A stretch of 61,312 nucleotides of DNA. Origin: Candidatus Methylomirabilia bacterium (lineage in GTDB: Bacteria; Methylomirabilota; Methylomirabilia; Rokubacteriales; CSP1-6). How positions within the stretch are numbered: the first letter of the stretch is position 1; each line of letters opens with the position of its first letter. The stretch lies in NCBI GenBank assembly GCA_041496385.1, contig JBGQEL010000017.1:1-61312 (forward strand). The letters run 5' to 3'. Position numbers and translations under genes: made by a program. The notes under the pieces are model-generated. The model was given only the letters and a program-made list of their open reading frames with translations, was not told the DNA's origin and ran no database searches. Shown piece after piece: positions 54,632 to 61,312 of this stretch.

Positions 54632-55408
54632 TCACAGGATGGACTTGCCGCCGTCGACCATGAGCGTCGCGCCCGTGACGAACGAGGACTCGTCCGAGGC
54701 GAGGAAGAGGATGGGGAACGCCACCTCGCGCGGCTCCGCCCAGCGGCCGAGGAGGTTGTCGCGCGCCCGCTCAGCGCGCAGCTCGGCCTCGGACACACCC
54801 CGGCTGGCCGCGCGGCGCACGTGGTAGGGCGTGATCGTCCCGCCCGGGCATACAGCGTTCACGCGGACGCCGTTGGGCGCCTCTTCCACGGCGAGGGCTC
54901 GGGTGAAGCCGAGCACCGCGGCCTTGGTTGTATCGTACTGGCCCATGCCCGCGCGGCCGAGGACGCCGTAGACGGACGATACGTTCACGATGGTTCCTCG
55001 GCCCGAGGCGCGCAGCGCCGGAAGCGCCGCCTTGCAGCAGTAGGCCGTGGCGAGGACGTTGACGCCGATGATGAACTCCCAGTCCTTGGATTCGGCCTTG
55101 GCGAGCGGCGCGTAGACGCGCACGCCGGCGACGTTGACGAGCGTGTGGAGCTCGCCCAGCCGCGCGACCGCGTCGTCCACCGCGCGCCGGGCTTCGGCCT
55201 CCTGGCTCAGATTGGCCGCGAGCGCGACGACTCGGGCGCCCGCCACGGCTTTCGCAATGCCATCGGCGGCCAGCTCAGCCGCGGCCCGGTCGCTGTCCAC
55301 GACGGCAACGGCCGCGCCCTCCTCGGCAAAGAGCCGTGCGGTCGCCGCCCCGATGCCGCCCCCACCACCCGTCACGAGGGCCGCCCGCCCGGCCATGCGT
55401 CCCCGCAT
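54632..55408 (-). CDS. SDR oxidoreductase
   Basis: TGGGGGIG, NVSS, YDTTK, VDGG. Confidence 0.9.
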   Translation of the reverse strand: MRGRMAGRAALVTGGGGGIGAATARLFAEEGAAVAVVDSDRAAAELAADGIAKAVAGARVVALAANLSQEAEARRAVDDAVARLGELHTLVNVAGVRVYAPLAKAESKDWEFIIGVNVLATAYCCKAALPALRASGRGTIVNVSSVYGVLGRAGMGQYDTTKAAVLGFTRALAVEEAPNGVRVNAVCPGGTITPYHVRRAASRGVSEAELRAERARDNLLGRWAEPREVAFPILFLASDESSFVTGATLMVDGGKSIL

Positions 55409-55416
55409 GGGCGGTC

Positions 55417-56742
55417 TCAGGCGAGCGTGAGCTGGCTGTTGGGCTTGACCATCACGCGTGGTAGCGCGCCCTCGACCCAGCTCGCTCCGGGCGGCAGGAC
55501 GACCGACGCCGAGCGCACGAGGAAGGACTCCGGGTTGCCAGGGGGCGGCGCTACCTGCTGGTCCCGCAGGGCGCGCGCGGCGCTCAGGAGCCGCTTGCGC
55601 ACCTGGATGATCGCCGTGTCGCTGCTGCCCAGGCGCTCCAGCGTCCGATCGACGATGGGCCCCTGGCTCTCCTGGATCGCCTGGTCCTGGACGCCGAAGC
55701 CCGGGATGCCGCAGAACATCCGCGACCGGTGCGACTCCCAGTCCATGCCGTAGTCGTTCTGCTTACTGTCCGCGGTCCGGATGTCGCCGTACGGCTCGGA
55801 CGTGGGCGCCGCGTACTCGCAGACGTGCGCCCCCTTGCCCTCGACGTTCAGCGCGATCTCCTCGCGCGTGAGCGGCCGATCCGGATGCCACGTGACCATC
55901 CAGTTGATGACGCTCGTGTCGTCCATCGGCACCCAGATGTGCGACTGCGTGATCTTCTCGTCGAGGTCCGTCGGCGGCATCGTGTAGAAGGGCAGGAGGA
56001 ACTGCGTCACGCGCCAGAGGTGCTGGCCGTCCGCCCGGGTCCGGCGCGCGCCGATCAGCACGCCGTAGTCCGTGTCCACGACCTCGAAGCGCGGCGCGCG
56101 GTCCGCCGTGCGCACCGCCGAGCCCACGCCGAAGCTCGAGCGGTCCAGATCCTGGACCACCTCGCTGTCGGTATGGCTCAGCGGCGCGTGGAGGAACGAG
56201 ATGTGGCTCGAGTCGATGCCGCCCTCCATGGCCTGGAACCAGTTGCACTCCTGGACGCGCTTGGAGGCGAACACATGGGTCTCCGGCACGCGCGTCCATT
56301 CAAGATGCGGCAGCGGCGGCGGCGGGCTCGCCGGCCCCATGTACGCCCAGACCATGCCGCCCGCCTCCTGGCACGGGTAGCCCACGTGCTTCACCTTCGA
56401 CGCGAAGCCCGACTCCGCGGGCTCGTTGGGCATCTCCAGGCACTGGCCGTCCATTCCGAACTTCCAGCCGTGGTAGACGCAGCGCATGCCCGCCTCTTCG
56501 ACGCGGCCGAAGTAGAGCGAGGCGAGCCGGTGGGGACAGAACTCGCCGATGAGCCCGGGCCGGCCGTTCTTCGCGCGATAGACGACGAGGCGCTCGCCCA
56601 GCAGCATGACCCGCTTCACGCGCCCGCCCGGCTCCAGCTCGACAGAGAGCACGACCGGGATCCAGTACCGCCGCACGAGCGCGCCCATCGCCGTCCCGGG
56701 CCCGGTGCGCGTCAGCAGGTCGTTGTCTTCGCGGCTCAGCAT
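55417..56742 (-). CDS. Rieske non-heme iron oxygenase alpha subunit (phthalate dioxygenase / O-demethylase-like)
   Basis: GPGTAMG..RRYW, CPHR..CVYHGW, EGGIDSSHISFLH, QD, ERLGSSD. Confidence 0.9.
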   Translation of the reverse strand: MLSREDNDLLTRTGPGTAMGALVRRYWIPVVLSVELEPGGRVKRVMLLGERLVVYRAKNGRPGLIGEFCPHRLASLYFGRVEEAGMRCVYHGWKFGMDGQCLEMPNEPAESGFASKVKHVGYPCQEAGGMVWAYMGPASPPPPLPHLEWTRVPETHVFASKRVQECNWFQAMEGGIDSSHISFLHAPLSHTDSEVVQDLDRSSFGVGSAVRTADRAPRFEVVDTDYGVLIGARRTRADGQHLWRVTQFLLPFYTMPPTDLDEKITQSHIWVPMDDTSVINWMVTWHPDRPLTREEIALNVEGKGAHVCEYAAPTSEPYGDIRTADSKQNDYGMDWESHRSRMFCGIPGFGVQDQAIQESQGPIVDRTLERLGSSDTAIIQVRKRLLSAARALRDQQVAPPPGNPESFLVRSASVVLPPGASWVEGALPRVMVKPNSQLTLA

Positions 56743-56769
56743 GGCGGATCGCCTCCCGGGACCGGCGCC

Positions 56770-57636
56770 TCAGTTCGGCCGGCGGTAGAGCGAGACGTAA
56801 CGGTACATGCCCTCGATGTTGAGCGGGAGCCACTGCTGGTAGTTCGTCCACTTCTCGTACTTCGTCATCTTGACGAGCTGCTTGACCTCGTCGAGCGACT
56901 TCCCCTCGCGGACGTAGCGCTGCACCTCGGCGCGCAGCTCCTCCAGGTACTCGCGGAACATGCGCACGTGGTCCTTCCTGCCGAGCGGGCCGTGGCCCGG
57001 GACCAGCACGTCGAAGTCCATCGACTCGACCAGCTTGAGCGACTCGATCCACTCGTTGATGTAGGCGTCCGGGAAGTCGCGGAAGGCCAGTGACTCGACC
57101 GGGATGAAGTCCACGGCGAAGAGGAGCCGCTCCTTGGGGAATCTGAGCACGACTGAGTTGTCGGAGTGGTTCTTGCCGACGTACGCCAGCTCGACCACGG
57201 TGCCGCCCAGGTCGATGGCCATCCAGTCCGAGAACGTCACCTGCGGCACCGCCGTCGGTCGCTTCTCCGCGATGATCGCGCGCTTGGCGTTCTCGTGCGC
57301 GACGACGACCGCCGTGTCGCCGAAGACCTGGCCGCCGGAGATGTGGTCGGCGTGGTCGTGGCTGTAGATGACGTACTTGACGGGCTGGTTGAAGCGCCGC
57401 CGGATCTCGTCCTTGAGCCACTGGGCCGCGTCGGCGTTGATCGGGTCGGTCGCGATCACCCCGGCCGGCGTCACGGCGAAGACCGAGAAGTGGCCGGCGT
57501 TGCGGAAGCGGTAAACTTCGCCCGCCAGCTTCGTGATCTCCCGCACGGGCGGCTGCGCCGGCTGCTGCGCGAGCGCGAGCGCCGGCGCCAGGAACACGAG
57601 ACAACCGAGTATGAAGCCGAGGAATCGCTTGGTCAT
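56770..57636 (-). CDS. Exported metallo-beta-lactamase-fold hydrolase
   Basis: Signal peptide; SHDHADH, NHS, VD, PGHG. Confidence 0.87.
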   Translation of the reverse strand: MTKRFLGFILGCLVFLAPALALAQQPAQPPVREITKLAGEVYRFRNAGHFSVFAVTPAGVIATDPINADAAQWLKDEIRRRFNQPVKYVIYSHDHADHISGGQVFGDTAVVVAHENAKRAIIAEKRPTAVPQVTFSDWMAIDLGGTVVELAYVGKNHSDNSVVLRFPKERLLFAVDFIPVESLAFRDFPDAYINEWIESLKLVESMDFDVLVPGHGPLGRKDHVRMFREYLEELRAEVQRYVREGKSLDEVKQLVKMTKYEKWTNYQQWLPLNIEGMYRYVSLYRRPN

Positions 57637-59585
57637 GACGCCTCCGTGATGGCCGTGAGGGCCTGGGGGTTCTCGAGCGACGAGAGGTCGCCCGGCTCCT
57701 TGCCGAGATGGGTCGCGCGAATCACGCGGCGCATGATCTTGGCGCTACGGGTCTTGGGCAGGTCGCGGGTGAAGAGCACGCGCTCGGGCTTGAGCGCCTT
57801 GCCCATCTGGGTGGCGACGAGCGCCGACAGCTCGGCGCGCAGCGGCTCGGAGGCCGGCTGCCCAGGGCGCAGGACGACGAAGCAGACGATGGCCTCGCCC
57901 TTCACCTCGTGCGGCACACCGACCACGCCCGCCTCGGCGACGGCCGGATGCGAGACCAGCACCGACTCGACCTCCGCGGGGCCGAGGCGCTTGCCCGCGA
58001 TCTTGAGCGTGTCGTCCGAGCGTCCCTGGATGAACCAGAAGCCGTCCTCGTCCACGTACGCCCAGTCGCCGTGGACCCAGACGTCCTTCCAGCGTGACCA
58101 GTACGTCTCCTCGTAGCGCTGCGGGTCCTTCCAGAATCCCTGCGTCATGCCCGGCCAGGGCGCCGTCACGACCAGCTCGCCGACTTGCCCACGCACGGGC
58201 TTGCCGTCGTCGCCGAAGCACTCGGCCGCCATGCCTGGGATGGGCCCCGCGAACGAGCACGGCTTGATCGGCGCGATCGGGAAGCAGCCGAGGATGCCGC
58301 CCGAGATCTCGGTGCCACCCGTGTAGTTGATGATCGGCACCCGGGCCTTGCCCGCGTTCTCGAAGAGCCAGCGGTAGGGCTCCGGGTTCCACGGCTCGCC
58401 CGTCGAGCCGATGACGCGGAGCGAGGAGAGGTCGTGCGCGTGCACGTGCTCGGCGCCGTGGGGCATGAGCGCGCGCACCGCGGTGGGCGACATCCCCATC
58501 ACGGTCACCTTGTAGCGCTCGATCAGCGCCCAGAGCCGGTCGGCCTTCGGAAAATCCTGCACGCCCTCGAAGAGCACCGCCGTCCCGCCGTGGAAGAGCC
58601 CCGCGGTGATCAGCATCGGGCCCATGAGCCAGCCGAGGTCGGTGAGCCAGAAGAGCCGGTCGCCCGGGCCCACGTCCATCAGGTAGCCGAAGTCGTGCGC
58701 GCACTTGATGAGAAATCCGGCCTGGGTGAGCACGGTGCCCTTGGGACGGCCCGTCGTCCCCGATGTGTAAATGATGAGACACGGGTGGTCCGCGTCCACC
58801 GGGAGCGCCGGGCACGCATCGGACTCGCGGGCCGTCTCCTCGTGCCACCAGAGATCGCGTCCCGACGTCCACGGGACCTCGCGGCCGAGCCGCCTGTACA
58901 CCAGCGCGTGCTTCACGCTCGGCGACATCGCCACCGCCTCGTCCGCGGTCTCCTTCATGCGCACGAGCTGGCCGCGACGCTGGAAGCCGTCGGCCGTGAT
59001 CAGCACCTTCGCCTCGCTGTCCTGCAGCCGCGAGGCCACGGCCTGGGCGCCGTATCCCGAGAAGCACGGGGTGTAGATCGCGCCGATCCGGACGACCGCG
59101 AGCGTGGCGATCGCCGCCTCGGGCGACATCGGCAGGAAGATCCCGACGCGGTCGCCCATTCCCACGCCGAGCCGCTTCAGGGCGTTCGCGAGCCGGTTCA
59201 CCTCGACGCCCAGCTCCTTGTAGGTGAGCGTGCGGCCTTTGCCGTCGTCCCCTTCCCAGATGATGGCGGGCTGGCCGCCCCGGCCGGCGTCGATGTTGCG
59301 ATCGACGCAGTTGTCGGCGAAGTTCAGCAGGCCATCGCGGAACCAGCGCGGCCACTGGATGCCGCGCGCCGTGTCGAGCACGCGTGTGTAGGGACGCGTG
59401 AACCGCACCCCCAGGTCGCGGACGACCGCGTCCCAGTACCACTCGGGGTCCTCGACCGAGCGGCGCTGCAGCTCTTCCAGCGTGGCGATCTTCTGCGCTC
59501 GCATGAACCGCGCGATGCGCGTGCGCTCCGCGTACTCCTTGGTGGGCCGCCAGACGATCTCACTCTTGCCGCCGACCTCGGCCAT
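57633..59585 (-). CDS. Acetate/short-chain acyl-CoA ligase (Acs family)
   Basis: YTSGTTGRPKG, STGEP, GGTE, GD, GRSDD, PKTRSAKIMRR. Confidence 0.9.
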   Translation of the reverse strand: MAEVGGKSEIVWRPTKEYAERTRIARFMRAQKIATLEELQRRSVEDPEWYWDAVVRDLGVRFTRPYTRVLDTARGIQWPRWFRDGLLNFADNCVDRNIDAGRGGQPAIIWEGDDGKGRTLTYKELGVEVNRLANALKRLGVGMGDRVGIFLPMSPEAAIATLAVVRIGAIYTPCFSGYGAQAVASRLQDSEAKVLITADGFQRRGQLVRMKETADEAVAMSPSVKHALVYRRLGREVPWTSGRDLWWHEETARESDACPALPVDADHPCLIIYTSGTTGRPKGTVLTQAGFLIKCAHDFGYLMDVGPGDRLFWLTDLGWLMGPMLITAGLFHGGTAVLFEGVQDFPKADRLWALIERYKVTVMGMSPTAVRALMPHGAEHVHAHDLSSLRVIGSTGEPWNPEPYRWLFENAGKARVPIINYTGGTEISGGILGCFPIAPIKPCSFAGPIPGMAAECFGDDGKPVRGQVGELVVTAPWPGMTQGFWKDPQRYEETYWSRWKDVWVHGDWAYVDEDGFWFIQGRSDDTLKIAGKRLGPAEVESVLVSHPAVAEAGVVGVPHEVKGEAIVCFVVLRPGQPASEPLRAELSALVATQMGKALKPERVLFTRDLPKTRSAKIMRRVIRATHLGKEPGDLSSLENPQALTAITEAS

Positions 59586-59660
59586 GGACTCCCTCCCGAC
59601 AGGGGGAGTTTACACCGATGCGGCCCCGGTCCCTTGTGGGCTCGCACGCCGGCCGTCTAG

Positions 59661-59868
59661 GCTGAACTATTCATGAACGAGGATATCGAGATCGGACGGG
59701 TGGCGCCGCGGGCTGTGTCTGCGCAACCGGCGAAGTGGGACCCCCGAGTCCCGCCCGCAGCTCGAAGAGCTGCGATCGGGCGAGTGGGTGACGGAGCCGG
59801 GGCGCGGACACAGCCCGCGGCGCCAGGACCCGTCCGCCTCGCGTGTGCTCGTTCATGAATAATCCAGG
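59661..59868. mobile_element. 208-bp palindromic MITE-like element flanked by CTAG
   Basis: Ends GCTGAACTATTCATGAACGAG / (rc) CCTGGATTATTCATGAACGAG; 18-bp perfect internal arms; central hairpin; CTAG at 59657-59660 and 59869-59872. Confidence 0.68.
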
Positions 59869-59896
59869 CTAGAGTGCTGGAGGGAGGGCTTCCGCA

Positions 59897-60340
59897 TTGA
59901 ATCCAGTGGACATGTCCGGCCTCGAGCTCGTGCAGGCCATGGTCGACGGGACGTTCCCGCATCCCTCGATGACCGACACCATTCCGATGCGGGTCACCGA
60001 GGCCGGCCGGGGCTACGTCAAGTTCAGGGCCCGCGCCGACAAGCGCCACCTCAATCCTCTGGGCGGCGTCCACGGCGGCTTTGCCGCCACCGTGCTCGAT
60101 TCGGTGACGGGTTGCGCGATCCACACGATGCTCGACGCGCGCGTCGCCTACGGGACGGTCGACCTCAACGTGAAGATGCTGAAGGCTATTCCGCTCGACC
60201 AGGAGCTGACGGCCGAGGGACGGGTCCTTCACTTCTCGAGGACGCTGGGGGCATCCGAGGGAACCATCAAGGACGCGGACGGAACCTTGTTCGCGCACGC
60301 GACGGCGACCTGCGTGATCCTCCGCTCGCAGGCCGTCTAG
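59897..60340 (+). CDS. PaaI-family (hotdog-fold) thioesterase
   Basis: HLNPLGGVHGGFAATVLDS, TVDLNV, AHATAT. Confidence 0.9.
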   Translation: MNPVDMSGLELVQAMVDGTFPHPSMTDTIPMRVTEAGRGYVKFRARADKRHLNPLGGVHGGFAATVLDSVTGCAIHTMLDARVAYGTVDLNVKMLKAIPLDQELTAEGRVLHFSRTLGASEGTIKDADGTLFAHATATCVILRSQAV

Positions 60341-60350
60341 AGAGCCGCGC

Positions 60351-61181
60351 TCAGCCGCCGAGCGACAGCGTGGCGACGAGGCCGATGACAAGCGCGGCGT
60401 ACGCGAGCCCGATCAGCGCGCGCTGCCGCTTCGGCAGGGCGTCGTAGCCGGGCACGGGGTCGCGCCAGCGGCGGGCCAGCGTGAAGAGCCCGACCACGAG
60501 CACGATCAACAGCAGCGGCGAGCGGGTCACCAGCAGCGCCCCGAGGCCGACGGCGTAGCCGATCACCCAGTACGTGCGCGTGAAGGCCCCGGCGATGCGG
60601 CCGCCGTCGAGCGGAGGCACCGGCACCAGGTTGAAGAGGTTGATCAGCACGGCGGTGTGCCCGAGCGCCACCAGGAGCTTCTGCTCCCACGCGAGCCCGG
60701 CGCCCAGCACCGCCCAGGCGCCCAGCGAGCCCACCAGAGGTCCGGCCATCGCCACCCGAGCCTCGACCCCGGCGTCGCGCGGCTGGCCCTGCATCGCGAT
60801 GAAGGCGCCGACGAACGGGATGAACACGGGCGCGCCGGCCGGGATGCCCTCGACCCGCATGGCCACAGCGTGGCCCATCTCGTGGACGAAGATCAGTAGG
60901 ACGAAGCCGAGCGCGAAGAGCCATCCCCACTCGATGGCGTAGGCGCCGATCGAGAGGAGCATGGTCGCGAGCGTTTTGAACTTGAAGAGGCCGGCCAGCA
61001 GGCCCAGGAACTTGGCCTTACCCAGCACGAAGAGCAGGCCTGCGCCCACGGCGCCCGTCGCGACCTTGGCGCTCGTCCCCGAGCCGGCCGCCGGACGCGC
61101 CGACGGCTGCCGCAGGCTCTGGTACACCGCGCGGAGGTTCTCGACCTCTTGCGCGCGGCGATCGCCGCCGGCCTCGGTCAC
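60351..61181 (-). CDS. Site-2 protease (peptidase M50) family protein
   Basis: HEMGH, FIPFVGA, AGP, NLVPVPPLDGG. Confidence 0.9.
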   Translation of the reverse strand: MTEAGGDRRAQEVENLRAVYQSLRQPSARPAAGSGTSAKVATGAVGAGLLFVLGKAKFLGLLAGLFKFKTLATMLLSIGAYAIEWGWLFALGFVLLIFVHEMGHAVAMRVEGIPAGAPVFIPFVGAFIAMQGQPRDAGVEARVAMAGPLVGSLGAWAVLGAGLAWEQKLLVALGHTAVLINLFNLVPVPPLDGGRIAGAFTRTYWVIGYAVGLGALLVTRSPLLLIVLVVGLFTLARRWRDPVPGYDALPKRQRALIGLAYAALVIGLVATLSLGG

Positions 61182-61312
61182 GCGGGGAGCTTCACCGGCC
61201 GCGGGATGATCCAGGCCTCGTACACCACGATCGCCAGGAACACGAACTTCATCACGCCGAAGTTCGCCGCGAGGACCTTGTAGAAGAGGGCGACGTTCGC
61301 CGGCGGGAACGG
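61178..61312 (-). CDS. Hypothetical membrane protein, 5' partial (C-terminal 44 aa)
   Basis: Manual translation PFPPANVALFYKVLAANFGVMKFVFLAIVVYEAWIIPRPVKLPA*; stop overlaps the M50 start. Confidence 0.6.
   Translation of the reverse strand, partial: PFPPANVALFYKVLAANFGVMKFVFLAIVVYEAWIIPRPVKLPA

Noticed and set aside
59671..59858. Two 61-aa ORFs on opposite strands with similar sequence (MNE..GRV..PRAVSA)
   Set aside because: They are a by-product of the palindromic element; no independent sign of coding

Overview
Very GC-rich, densely coding bacterial chromosomal segment of about 62 CDS. The gene content and style suggest a Candidatus Rokubacteria/Methylomirabilota-like organism, but this is inference only. 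Main blocks: (i) rlmN-mtaB-mtnP-pfkB-larE-larB-larC; (ii) thrC-like-moaD-NIL-aminotransferase-glycerate kinase; (iii) family-B DNA polymerase convergent with a radical SAM protein, both ending in beta-clamp-like motifs; (iv) moeA-tldD-[rhodanese]-tldE-split transketolase; (v) a lipid-linked glycosyltransferase cluster; (vi) a second tldD-pmbA-tatD-hydrolase-peptidase operon; (vii) a TPP-riboswitch-controlled thiSGEO operon; (viii) an acs-MBL-Rieske oxygenase-SDR operon. The best novelty candidate is a signal-peptide-bearing rhodanese between tldD and tldE (28859-29281). Its active-site codon is an in-frame TGA followed by a SECIS-like hairpin, so it is probably a selenoprotein that the ORF track truncates. 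Other highlights: a 208-bp fully palindromic MITE-like element flanked by CTAG, a palindromic bidirectional leaderless promoter, a stand-alone IS21-transposase-like HTH coupled to a lytic transglycosylase, and an HtrA-like protein lacking its catalytic triad. No rRNA, tRNA or CRISPR array was seen. Product calls come from motif recognition by eye, not database searches.
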